A stretch of DNA of 64,000 bases from the human T2T-CHM13v2.0 reference genome, Homo sapiens: assembly GCF_009914755.1 (NCBI RefSeq), contig NC_060938.1; one strand, 5' to 3'. The notes beneath the pieces are model-generated. The model made no database searches. It was not told where the DNA came from and saw only the letters and a program-made list of their open reading frames with translations. Positions 30,601 through 45,600 of this stretch are shown in pieces. The position numbers and the translations under genes were made by a program. Position 1 is the first letter of the stretch, and every line of letters starts with the position of its first letter.

Positions 30601-33600
30601 CCCCTCCACTCAACTCCACTCCACTCCACTCCATTCCATTCTGTTCAACTCCATTCAATTCCATTCCTTTCTTTCGACAAGATCTCACTCTGTCACCTAG
30701 CCTGGGGTGCAGTGGCACTCTCTCAGCTCACATTTCATTTCATATTCCATTCCATTGCATTCCATTCCATTATGTTCCTTTAAGTTCCATTCCATCCCAT
30801 TCCATTCCACTGCTACGCACGCCAATCCACTCCACTCGACTGCACTCCATTCCATTCCTTTCAATTACCTTCCAGTAAACTCCACTTCACTCTGCTCCAT
30901 TCCATTCCACTCCATCCCATTCGATTCCACTATACGGTACTCCACTCGACTGCACTCCAATCCACTCCAGTCCATTCCATTCCATTCCATTACATTCCAC
31001 TCCTTTCCATTCAGTTCCTTTCCTTCGACAGGATCTCACTGTGTCACCCAGGCTGTAGTGTAGTGGCACAATCTCAGCTCATATTTCATTTCATCATCCC
31101 ATTCTATTCCATTCCTTTCTTTCCATTCCATTCTATTCCATTACACAACACCACAATCCACTCTACTCCACTCCACACCATTCCATTCCATTCCATTCCA
31201 CTCTACTCCACTCCTCTTCACCCCAATACACTCCACTCCATTCCATTCCATCCAATACCATTCCTTTCCCCTCCTCGTCTCTTCTCTCCGTTCCACTACC
31301 CTCCACTTCATTCCATTTGATTCCGTCCCATTCCATTCAATTCCACTCCACTCCACTTCTCTCCACTCCTCTGCATTCCATTCCATTCCATTCCATTCCA
31401 TTCCATTCCATTCCATTCCATTCCATTCCATTCCACTCCATTCCACTCAATTCCATTCCATTCCTTTCCATTCCACTCTATTCCATTCCATTCCTTATAT
31501 TCGACAGGATCTCACTCTGTCACACAGTCTGTAGTGCAGCGGCAGAATCTCAGGTCACATTTCATTGCACTATTCCATTTCATTCCATTCCATGCCATTC
31601 CATTCCACTTCACCCCTCTCCACTGCACTCCACTCCATTTCATTCCATTCCATCCCTCTACATTCCACACCAGTCCACTCCATTCAACTCCACTCTACCT
31701 CATTCCATTCCATCACATTCCATTCCACTCCATTCCACTCCACTCTACTCCACTGCACTCCATTTAATTCCACTCCATCACATTCCATTGCACTCCATTC
31801 AACTCCAAACCACTCCACTCCACTCCACTCCATTCCATTCCATTGCATTCTTTCGACAGGGTCTCTCTCTGTCACCCAGGCTGGCGTTCAGTGGCACAAA
31901 CTCAGCTCACATTTCATTTCACCCTGTCCATTCCATTCCATTCCATTCCATTCCATTCCATTCCATTCCACTCTTCTACACTAAAATCCACTCCACTCCA
32001 CTCCAATCCATGCCATTCCCTTCCATCCAATTGCATTCCACTCCGTTCCTCTCTACTCCACTCCAGTTCACTCCACTCCACTCTATGCCATTCCATTGCA
32101 TCCCATTCCATTCTACTCCTTTCCACTCGACTCCACTGCACTCCTCTCCAATCTACCCCATTCCATTCTATTCCACTGCATTCTATTAGTCTCCATTTTA
32201 TGCCATCCCTTTCTTTCGACAGGATCTCACTGTGTCAAAAAAGGCTGGAACACAGTGGCACAATCTCAGTTCACATTTCATTTCACCATTATATTTTATT
32301 CCATTCCATTCCACTCAACTCCATTCCACGCCACTCCAGTCCAGTACATTCCACTCCACTCTAATCAACTCCACTCAACTTCTCTCCACTCCACTCCATT
32401 CCACTCCACTCCACTCCATTCCATTCCATCCTATTAATTTTCACTCTATTCTTCTCCAATCCACTCCATTCAATTCCACTCCATCCCATTCCATTTCACT
32501 CCATTACACTCCATTCCACTCCACTCCACTCCACTCCATTCGAATCCATTCCATTTCACTCCATTCCATTCCATTCCTTTCTTTCGACAGGATCTCACTC
32601 TGTCACCCAGGTTGGGATGTAGGAGCACTATCTCAGCTCACATTTAATTTCACTCTTCCATTCCATTCCATTGCATTCCATTACTTTGCATTCCATTGCA
32701 CTCCATTGCATTCCATTCCATTCAATCCAATACCATTCCATCCAATACCATTCCATCCTATTCCATTCCACTCCAGTGAACTCCACTCCACTCCACTGCA
32801 TTCCATTCCATTCCATTCCATTCCATTACATTCCATTACATTACATTACTTTCCACTCCACACCACTCCACTCCCCTCCATTCCATTCCATTCCATTCCA
32901 TACCATTCCATTCCATACTATTCCACTCCATTCCACTCCACTCCAATCAAGTCCACTCCACTCCACTTCTCTCCCCTCCACTCCACCCCTTTCCATTCCA
33001 ACCCATTCCATTTCACTCAATTCCTCTCCACTCCACTCTGGTCCACTCCATTCCATCCCATTCAATTCCACTCCATTCCACTCCACTTCACTCCTCTCCA
33101 TTCGATTCCATTCCAATCCGTTTCACTGCATACCATTCCATTCCTTTCTTTAGACAGGATCTCACTGTGCCACCCTGGAAGGAGTGCAGTAGCACTGTCT
33201 CAGCTCACATTAAATTTCACCATCCATTCCTTTGCATTCCTTTGCATTCCATTCCATTGTATTCCATTGCATTCTATTCCATTTCATTCCATTGCATTCC
33301 AACCCTTTTCATTGCATTGCATTCCATTCCATTGCATTCCATTCAATTCCATTCCCTCCCATTCGATTCCACTTATGTGAACTCCACTCCACTCCACTCC
33401 GCTACATGCCTTTCCTTTCCATTCCTTTCCATTCCATTCCTTTCCATTCCATTGTATTCCATTGCATTCTACTCCATTTCATTCCATTGCATTCCATTCC
33501 TTTGCATTGCATTGCATTCCATTCCATTGCATTCCATTCAATTCCATTCCCTCCCATTCGATTCCACTTATGTGAACTCCACTCCACTCCACTACATGCC

Positions 33601-36600
33601 TTTCCTTTCCATTCCTTTCCATTCCATTCCTTTCCATTCCATTGTATTCCATTGCATTCTACTCCATTTCATTCCATTGCATTCCATTCCTTTGCATTGC
33701 ATTGCATTCCATTCCATTGCATTCCATTCAATTCCATTCCCTCCCATTTCATTCCACTTATGTGAACTCCACTCCACTCCACTGCATGCCTTTCCTTTCC
33801 ATTCCTTTCCATTCCATTCCATTCCATTCCGTTCCACTCCACTCCACTCCACTCCACTTAATTCCATTCCAACACATTCCATTCCACTCCATTCCACTAC
33901 ACTACACTACACGCAACTCCACTCCATTCCATTCCATTCCATTCCATTCCTGCCCACTCCACTCAACTCCCCTCCACTACAATCCTCCCCATTCCATTCC
34001 ATTCCATCCCTTTCCATTCCACTCAATTCCACTCCACTCCACTCCATTCCATTCCACTTCATCACATACCGTTCCACTCTATTCCACTCCACTCCATCCA
34101 CTGCTTTCCATTCCGTTCCATTCCACTCCATTCCATTCAATTCCTTTTTTTCGAGAGAATCTCACTCTGTCACCGAGGCTGGAGTGCGGTGGCACAATAT
34201 CACCTCACATTTCATTTCACCATTGCATTCAATTTCATTCCATTCCTTTCCATTCCACTCCATTCCATTCCATTCTACTCCACTCCACTCCACTCAACTC
34301 CATCCCTTTCCTCTCCACCCCACTGCACTCCACTCCACTCTATTCCATTCCATTCCATCCCATTCCATTCCAGTCCCTTCCACTCTACTCAACTCCATTC
34401 TACTCCAGTCCGGTCCATTACACTAAATTTCATTACATCCCATTCCATTCCACTCCATTCCACTCCAACCGACTCCATTCTATTCCATTCCATTCCTTTC
34501 CATTCCATTCCATTCCATTGCGTTCCACTCCAATCCATTGCATTGCTTTCTTTCGACAGGATCTCACTCTGTTACCCAGGATGGAGTGCAGAGGCACAAT
34601 CTCAACTCAGATTTCATTTCACCATTCTATTCCACTCCATTCCATTCCATTTCATTCCATTCCATTCCATTCCAGTCCACTCCTCTCCACTCCTCTCCAC
34701 TCCACTCCACTCCATTCCATTCCATTCCATTGCATTCCACTCCACTCCACTCCACTCCAATCCATTCCATTCCATCCCATTCCATTCCACTCCACTCCAC
34801 TCCATCCCATTCCATTCCACTCCCTCTCATCTCATTCCATTCCAGTCCATTCCACTCCACTCCACTCCACTGTATTCTACTCCATTCCATTCCACTCCAT
34901 TTCATTCCATTCTTTTCTCTCGACAGGATCTCACTCCGTCACCCAGGATGGAGTGAAGTGCCATAATCTCAGCTATCATTTCATTTCACGATTCCATTCC
35001 ATTCCATTCCATTCCGTTCCGTTCTGTTCCGTTCCATTCCCTTCCATTCCATTGCATCCCTTCCCATTCAACTGCATTCCACTCCACTCCAATGCACTCC
35101 TCTGCACTCAGTTCCATTACCCTCAATTCCATTCCATTCCATTGCACTCTATTCCACTCCACTCCACTCCATTTCACTCCACTCCATTCCATTCCATCCC
35201 ATTGAATTCCACTCAATTCCACTCCACTCCTCTCCACACCACCTCTCTCCACTCCTTTACATTCCACTCCACCGCATTCCATTCCACTCCATTCCACTCG
35301 ACTCCAGTCAAATCCAGTGCACTCCACTCAGCTCCACTCCACTCCACTCCATTCCATTCCTTTCAACTCCATTCAATTCCATTCCTTTCTTTCGACAAGA
35401 TCTCACTCTGTCACCCAGCCCAGGGTTCAGTGACACTCTCTCAGCTCACATTTCATTTCACATTCCATTCCATTGCATTACATTCCATTGCGTTCCATTC
35501 CATTATGTTCCTTTAAATTCCATTCCATCCCATTCCATTCCACTCCTATGCACTCCAATCCATTCCACTCCATTGCACTCCATTCCATTCCTTTCAATTC
35601 CATTCCATTCCACTCCACTCCCCTCTACTCCATTTCATTCCATTCCATCCCATTCGATTCCAGGATACTGCACTCCACTCGACTGCACTCCACTCCACTC
35701 CACTCCATTCCATTCCATTCCATTCCATTCCATTCCATTCTATTCCATTCCACTCTATTCCACTCCTCTTCACCCCAATACACTCAACTCCATTCCATTC
35801 CATCCAATACCATTCCTTTCCACTCCTCCTTTCTTCTCTCCATTCCACTACCCTCCACTTCATTCCATTCAATTCCGTCCCATTCCATTCAATTCCACTC
35901 CACTCCGCTCCGCTCCTCTCCTCTCCATTCCATTCCATTCCATTCCATTCCATTCCATTCCATTCCATTCCTTTCCATTCCACTCTATTCCATTCCATTC
36001 CTTACATTCGACAGGATCTCACTCTGTCACACAGTCTGGAGTGCAGTGGCAGAATCTCAGGTCACATTTCATTTCACTATTCCATTCCATTCCATTCCAT
36101 TCCATTCCATTCCATTCCATTCCATTCCATTCCATTTCACTCCATTCCATTCCATAACTCTCTTTCGAGAGGATCTCACTCTGTCACCCAGGCTGGAGTG
36201 CAGTGGCAGTATCTCAGCTCACATTTCATTTCACCATTCCATTCCATTGCATTCCATTCCATTCCATTGCATTCCATTCCATTGCATTCCATTGCATTCC
36301 ATTCCATTGCAATGTATTCAATTCATTCCATCCCATTCCATTCCACTCCTGCGAACTCCACTCCAATCCACTGCATTGCATTGCATTCCATTCCATTCCA
36401 TTCCATTCCATTCCATTCCATTCCATACCGTTCCGTTCAACTCCCCCCCACTCCACTCCACTCCATCCCATTCCATTCCACTCCATTCCACTATAATCCA
36501 CTGCACTCCACTCCATTCCATTCCATTCCATTCTACACCTGTCCATTCCATTCCTTTCTTTCGACAGTATTTCACTCTGTCACACTGGCTGGAGTGCAGT

Positions 36601-39600
36601 GTTACAATCTCAGCTCATATTTCATTTCATCATTCCATTCTATTCCGTTACATTCCTTTCCATTCCATTCATTTCCATTCCACTGTATTCCATTCTACTC
36701 CACTGCACTCCACTCCACTCCACTCGGCTCCACTCCATTCAATTTTTTTCCTTTACACTCCACTCTACTCCACTCCTCTCCATCCCACTCCACTCCACTA
36801 CATTCAATTCCATCCAATTCCACACCACTCTACTCCTCTCCCCAACACTCCACTCCACTCCCCTCAATTTCATTCCATTCGATTCCATCCCATTCCATTC
36901 CACTCCACTCCCGTCAACTCTTCTCCTCTCCCTTCCATTCCATTCCTCTCCACTCCATTCCACTCCACTCCACTCCTATCCTCTCCACTACATTCCATTC
37001 AATTCCACCCCACTCAATTCCATTCCTTACATTAGACAGGATGTCACTCTGTCACCCATTCTGGAGTACCGTGGCAGAATCTCAGATTACATTTCATTTC
37101 GCTAATCCATTCCATTCCATTCCATTCCACTCCACTCCACTCCACTGCACTCCACTCCACTGCACTCCAATCCACTCCTTTCCATTCCATTCCACTCCAT
37201 TCCACTCCAGTCCATTCCATTCCATTCCACTCGACTCCATTCCACTCTCCGCCACTCCACTCCACTGTACTCCATTCCATTACAGTCCATCCCATTCCAT
37301 TCCACTCCACACCACTCCACTCCACACTGCTCCAATCCACTCCATTCCATTCCATTTCTTTCTTTCAACAGCATCTCACTCTGTCACCCAGGCTGGCGTG
37401 CAGTGGCACAAATTCAGCTCACATTTCATTTCACCATTCCATTCCATTCTATTCCATGGCATTCCATTCATTTGCCTTCCATTCCATTGCATTCCATTCT
37501 ATTCCACTCCATTCTGTTCCACTCAACTCCATTCCACTCTCCGCCACTGCAGTCCACTCCACTCCACTGCACTCAATGGCATTCCATTCCATCCCATTTC
37601 AATCCACTCCATTCCACTCTACTCCACTCCAATCCACTCCACTCCACCATAATCCATGTCATTCCATTCCATCACATTCCATTCCACTCCATTCCACTCT
37701 ACTCCACTCCAATCCACTCCACTCCACCATAATCCATGCCATTCCATTCCATCACATTCCATTCCACTCCATTCCACTCGACTCCACTCCACTCCCTTCC
37801 ATTCAATTCCATTCCATTCCGCTTTATTCCATTCTATTCCTTTTTTCCACAAGATCTCACTCGGTCACAAAGACTGGAGTGCAGTGGCACAATCTCACCT
37901 CACATTTCTTTTCACCATTCCACTGTATTCCATTCCATCCCACTCCATTCCACTCTATTTCACTCCAATTCACTCCACTCCATTCCACTCCATCCCATTC
38001 CATTCGACTCCATTCCACTCGAATCCACTCCACTCCACTCTACTCCCCTCCATTCCATTCCCTTTCATCCCATTCCATTCAACTCCATTCATTTCCATTC
38101 CTTTCTTTTGACAGGATATCACTGTGTCACTGAGGCTGGAGTACAGTGGCACAATCTCAGCTCACATTACATGTCAACTTTCCATTGCATTGCATTGTAT
38201 TCCATTGCATTCCATTCAATTCCATTCCATTCCATTCAATTCCATTCCATCCCACTCCGTTCCACTCCACTCCACTACATTCCATTACATTCGTTTCCAT
38301 TCCACTCCATTCCACTCACATTCACTCTACTGCGCTCCACTCCATTCCACTCCATCCACTCCATCCCATTCCATTCCACTCCATTCCACTGCACTCCACT
38401 CCACCCCACTCCACTCCACTTCATTCCATTCCATTGCATCTCATTCCATTCCGCTCCGTTCCTCCTCAATCCACTTCACTCTACTCCACACCAATCCAGT
38501 CGACTACATTCCATTCCATTCCATTCCATTCCATTCCATTCCATTCCATTCCATTGCATTCCATTATACTCCACTCCACTCAACTCCAATGAATTCCACT
38601 CCACTCCACTCCACTCCATTCCACTCCACTCCATTCCACTCCACTCCATTCCACTCCACTGCATCCCATTCCACTCCACTCCACTCCATTCCACACCATT
38701 CCACTCCACTCCATTCCACTCCTCTAAACTCCACTCCCCTCTATCCCATTCCACTCCTTTCTTTCTACAGTATCTCTCTCTGTCACACAGGCTTTAGTGC
38801 AGTGGCACAATATCAGCACCCATTCCATTCCTTTCCATTCCGTTCTGTCCCGTTCCATTCCATTTCATTCCACTTAACTCCACTACACTGTACTACATTC
38901 CATTACATCCGATTCCATTCCACTTCATTGCACTTCTCTCCACTTCACTGTACTCCATTCCACTCCATTCCATTTCACTCCTTTCCACTCCTCTCCACTC
39001 TAGTCCACTCCACTTAATTCCATTCCATTTCATTCCATTCCATTCCATTCCATGCCATGCCATGCCATGCCATGCCATGCCATGCCATTCCATTCCATTC
39101 CATTCCTCTCCAGTCCACTCCTCACCACTCCATTCCATTCCACTCCATTCCATTCCATTCCGCTCCAGTACATTCCACTCCACTCCCTTCCATTCCACTC
39201 CACTCCAGTCCATGCCATTCCACTCCACTCCATTACATTCCATGCCACTCCATTCCACTCCACTCCACTGCATTGCATTGCATTCCATTCCATTCCACTC
39301 CAATACATTCCACTCCACTCCACTCCATTCCACTCCACTCCATTCCACTCCATTCCCCTCCACTCCATTCCATTCCATTCCATTCCACTCCACTCCATTC
39401 CACTCCACTCCACTCCACTTCATTCCATTCCACTCCACTCCAGTCCTTTCCATTCCACTCCAATCCATTCCATTCTACTCCAGTCCACTCCACTCCACTC
39501 CATTCCACTCCTCTCCACTCCACTGTACTCCAACCTATTCCACGCCTATCTTTTGACAGGATCTGCCTCTGTCACACAGGCTGTAGTGCAGTAGCACAAT

Positions 39601-42600
39601 CTCAACATCTATTGCATTCCTTTTCATTCCATTCCGTTCCATTCCAATGACTTCCACTGCACCTCACTCCACTGCACTCCACTCCATTCCACTCCACTCC
39701 ACTCCACTCCTTTCCATTCCGATCCACTCTAATCCACTCCACTCCAGTCCATTTCATTCCATCACATTCCATTCCACTCCTTTCCACTCCACTTTACTGT
39801 ATTCCATTACATTGCAGTCCATTCCATTCCAATATTTTCTTTCGACAGGATCTCACTGTGTCACCCAGGCTGGAGTGCAGTGCCACAATGTCAGCTCACA
39901 TTTCATTTCCTCATTCCCTTCCCTTCCATTCCATTCCTTTCCCTTCCCTTCCCTTCCCTTCCTTTCCCTTCCCTTCCCTTCCCTTCCATTCCATTCCATT
40001 CCATTCCCTTCCATTCCATTCCACTCCACTCCACTCCACTCCACTGCACTCCACTCCATTCTATTCCATTCCTTTTCACTCCATTCCATTTCAATATTTT
40101 CTTTTGACAGGATCTCACTCTGTCACCCAAAATGGAGTGCAATTACAAAATCCCAGCTCACATTTCATTTCACCATTCCGTTCCATTCCATTCCATTCCC
40201 CGAAATTCCATTCCACTCCACTCCACTCAACTCCACTGCACGCTACTCGACTCCACTCCACGCCACTCCAGTCATTCCATTCTACTCCATTCCATTCCAT
40301 TCCTTTATTTCGAAATGGACCTCAATCTGTAATCCTGACTGGAGGGCAGTGGCACAATCTTAGCTCACATTTAATTTCTCCATTCCATTCCATTCCATTC
40401 CATTCCATTCCATTCCATTCCATTCCACCCCATTCCATTCCACCCCATTCCATTCCATTCCTTTCTTTCGATGGGATATCTCTCTGTCAAAAAAGGCTGG
40501 AATACAGGGACACAATCTCAGCTCACATTTCATTTCACCATTCCATCGTATTCCTTTCCTTTCCATTCCATGCTGTGCCACTACACTCAATTCCACTCCA
40601 CTCCACTCCCCTCCCCTCCCCTCCCCCATTCCATTCCATACCATTCCATTCTATTGCATTCCACTCCATTCCACTCCACTCCAATCAACTCCACTCCACT
40701 CCACTCCACTCCATTCCATTCCATCCCATTCCATTTCACTCCATTTCTCTCCACTCCACTCCCCTCCACTCCATTCCTTCCACTCCATCCCATTCCATTC
40801 CACTCCATTCTATTCCATTCCACTCCACTCCACTCCACCCCATTCCATTCCATTCCAATCCATTCCATTCCATTCTTCTCTTTTGAGAGGATCTCACTCT
40901 GTCACCCAGGCTGGAGTGCAGTGGCAGTATTTCAGCTCAAATTTAATTTCACCATTCCATTCCATTCTATTCCGTTCCATTGCATGCCATTGCATTCCTT
41001 TCCATTGCATTCCATTCCACTGTAATGCATTCAATTCCATTCCATCCCATTCCATTCCAGTCCTGCGAGCTCCACTCCACTCCACTCCACTGCATTCCAT
41101 TCCATTCTATTCCATACCATACCATTCCATTCAACTCCACTCCACTCCACTCGCCTGCATTCCATTCCCTTCCATTCCATTCCATTTCACTCCATTGCAT
41201 TCCATTCCTTTCTTTTGACAGGATATCACTGTATCACTGAGGCTGGAGTACAGTGGCACAATCTCAGCTCACATTACATGTCAACTTTCCATTGCATTGC
41301 ATACTATTCCATTGCATTCCATTGCATTCCGTTCAATTCCATTCCATTCCATCCCACTCCGTTCCACTCCACTCCACTACATTCCACTACATTCGATTCC
41401 ATTCCACTCCATTCCACTCCTATTCACTCTACTGCGCTCCACTCCATTCCACTCCATCCACTCCATCCCATTCCATTCCGCTCAATTCCACTGCACTCCA
41501 CTCCACCCCACTCCACTCCCCTTCATTCCATTCCATTCCATCCCATTCCATTCCGCTCCTTTCTACTTCAATCCACTTCATTCCACTCCACACCAATCCA
41601 GTCGACTCCATTCCATTCCATTGCATTCCATTCTACTCCATTCCACTCCACCGAATTCCACTCCTCTCCACTCTACTCCATTCCACTCCACTCCATTCCA
41701 CTCCACTGCATTCCATTCCACTCCACTCCACTCCATTCCAGTCCATTCAACTCCACTCCATTCCACTCCACTAAACTCCACTTCCCCCATCCCATTCCAC
41801 TCCTTTCTTTCTACAGTATCTCTCTCTGTCATGCAGGATGTAGTGCAGTGGCACAATCTCAGCACCCATTCCGTTCCGTTCCGTTCCATTCCGTTCCATT
41901 CCAGTTCGTTCCACTTCACTCCACTCCAGTGTACTACATTCCATTACATCTGATTCCATTCCACTACATTGCACTTTTCTCCACTTCACTGCAATCCACT
42001 CCACTCTATTCCATTCCATTCCTTTCCACTCCTCTCCACTCTGTTCCACTCCACATAATTGCATTCCATCCATTCCATTCCATTCCATTCCATTCCATTC
42101 CATTCCATTCCTCTCCATTCCACTCCACTCCATTCCATTCCACTCCATTCGATTCCATTCCACTCCAGTCCATTCCACTCCACTCCATTCCATTCCACTC
42201 CACTCCATTCCATTCCACGCCACTCCATTCCACTCCACTCCACTGCATTGCATTGCATTCCATTCCATTCCACTCCACTCCACTCCACTCCACTCCTCTC
42301 CACCCCATTCCACTCTACTCCACTCCACTCCATTCCACTCCACTCCACTCCAGTCTGTTCCACTCCACTGCACTGCATTCCATTCCATTCCACTCCATTC
42401 CATTCCATTCCATTCCACTCCAGTCCATTCCACTCCACTTAATTCCATTCCACTCCACTCCAGTCCACTCCACTCCACTCCATTCCACTCCACTCCACTC
42501 TGCTCCAACCCATTGCACGCCTATCTTTCGACTGGATCTACCTCTGTCACACAGGCTGTAGTGCAGTAGCACAATCTCAGCACCTGTTAAATTGCGTTTC

Positions 42601-45600
42601 ATTCCATTCCACTGCATTCCATTCCAATGAATTCCACTGCATTCCACTCCACTGCACTCCACTCCCTTCCACTCCACTCCACTCCATTCCGTTCCACTCT
42701 ACTCCACTCCACTACGTTTCATTCCATCACATTCCATTCCACTCCACTTTACTCTATCCCGTTACATTGAACTCCATTCCATTCCAATATTTTCTTTCGA
42801 CAGGGTCTCACTCGGTCACCGAGGCTGGAGTGCAGTGCCACAATGTCAGCTCACATTTCATTTCCCCATTCCTTTCCCTTCCATTCCATTCCCTTCCTTT
42901 CCCTTCCATTCCAATCCATTCCATTCCCTTCTATTCCATTCCACTCCACTCCACTCCACTCCACTCCATTCTTTTCAATTCCACTACACTCCATTCCATT
43001 CCAATATTTTCTTGCGACAGGATCTCACTCTGTCATCCAAAATGGAGTGCAATTACAAAATCCCAGCTCACATTTCATTTCACCATTCCATTCCATTCCA
43101 TTCCCCTAAATTCCATTCCACTCCACTCCACTCAACTCCACTCCACGCCACTCCACTCCACTCCATGCCACTCCAGTCGTTCCATTCTACTACATTCCAT
43201 TCCATTCCTTTATTTTGAAATGGATCTCTCTCTGTCACCCAGACTGGAGTGCAGTGGCACAATCTTAGCTCACATTTAATTTCTCCATTCCATTCCATTC
43301 CATTCCATTCCATTCCATTCCATTCCATTCCATTCCATTAAGCCCCATTCCATTCCATTCCATTCCATTCCACCCCATTCCATTCCATTCCCTTCTTTCG
43401 AGGGGATATCACTGTGTCAAAAATGGCTGGAATACAGGGGCACAATCTCAGCTCACATTTCATTTCACCATTCCATTGTATTTCTTTCCTTTCTATTCCA
43501 TTCCATCCCACTACACTCAATTCCACTCCACTCCCCTCCCCTCCCTCATTCCATTCCATTCCATCCCATTCCATTTCACTCCATTTCTCTCCACTCCACT
43601 CCCGTCCACTCCACTCCCATCCACTCCATTCCTTCCACTCCATCACATTCCATTCCACTCCATTCTATTCCATTCCACTCCACTCCACTCAACTCCATTC
43701 CATTCCATTCCATTTCACTCCATTCCATTCCATTCCTCTCATTCGAGAGGATCTCACTCTGTCACCCAGGCTGGAGTGCAGAGGCAGTATCTCAGCTCAC
43801 ATTTCAATTCAACATTCCATTCCATTGCATTCCATTCCATTCCATTGCATTCCATTGCATTTCATTCCATTGCATTCCATTCCATTGCAACGTATTCAAT
43901 TCTATTCCATCCCATTTCATTCCACTCCTGCGAAGTCCACTCCACTCCACTGCATTCCATTCCGTTCCATTCCATTCCATTCCATTCCTTACCATACCAT
44001 ACCGTTCCATTACACTCCACTCCACTCCACTCCACTCCATCCCATTCCATCCCATTCCATTCCACTCCATTCCACTATAATCCACTCCACTCCACTCCAT
44101 TCCATTCCATTCCATTCCATTCCACACTTGTCCATTCCATTCCTTTCTTTCGACAGTATTTCACTCTGTGACAATGGCTGGAGTGCAGTGTTACAATCTC
44201 AACTCATATTTCATTTCATCATTCCATTCAATTGCATTACATTCCTTTCCATTCCATTCGTTTCCATTCCAGTATATTCCATTCCACTCCACTCCACTCC
44301 ACTTGGCTCCACTTCATTCAATTTCGTTCCATTCCACTCCACTCTACTCCACTCCTCTCCACTCCACTCCTCTACATTCAATTCCATCCAATTCCATACC
44401 ACTCCACTCCTCTCCCTAACACTCCACTCCACTCCCCTCCATTTCATTCCATTCGATTCCATCCCATTCCATTATATTCTACTCCACTCCCGTCCACTCC
44501 TATCCACTCCCTGCCATTCCATTCCTCTCCACTCTATTCCACTCCACTTCACTCCTATCCACTCCACTACATTCCAAACCATTCCACTCCAATGCATTCC
44601 ATTCCTTACATTCCACAGGATGTCACTCTGTTACCCATTCTGGAGTACAGTGGCATAATCTCGGCTTACATTTCATTTCGCTAATCCATTCCATTCCATT
44701 CCACTCCACTCCAATCCACTGCACTACACTCCACTCCACTGCACTCCACTCCACTCCTTTCCATTCCATTCCACTGCATTCCACTCCACTCCATTCCATT
44801 CCATTCCACTCGACTCCATTCCACTCTCCGCCACTCCAATCCACAGCACTCCATTCCATTATAGTCCATCCCATTCCATTCCACTCCACACCACTACACT
44901 CCACACTGCTCCACTCCACTCCATTCCATTCCATTTCTTTCTTTCGACAGCATCTCACGCTGTCACCCAGGCTGGCGTGCAGTGGCACAAATTCAGCTCA
45001 CATTTCATTTCACCATTCCATTCCATTCTATTTCATTGCATTCCATTCCTTTGCATTCCATTCCTTTGCATTCCATTCTATTCCACTCCATTCTATTCCA
45101 CTCGACTCCATTCCACTCTCCGCCACTGAAGTCCACTCCACTCCACTGCACTCGATGGCATTCCATTCCATCCCATTTCATTCCACTACAACCACTCTAC
45201 TCCACTTCAATCCACTCCACTCCACCATAATCCATTCCATTCCATTCCATCACATTCCATTCCACTCCATTCCACTCGACTTCATTCCACTCCACCACAT
45301 TCTATTCAACTCCACTCCACTCCATTCCACTCCACTCCACTGCAATCCATTCCATTCCGTTTCACTCAACTCCAATCCACTCCACTGCTTCCGATTACAA
45401 TTCTTTCTTTTGACAGGATCTCCCTCTGTCACACAGGTTTTGATGCAATGGCACAATCTCATCACCCATTCCATTCCATTCCATTTCATTCACCTCCTTT
45501 CCACTCCAGTCCACTCCACTCCCTTCCACTCCACTGCATGCCACTCCGTTCCATTCCATTCCACTCCACTCCACTCCACTCCAGTCCATTCCACTCCAGT

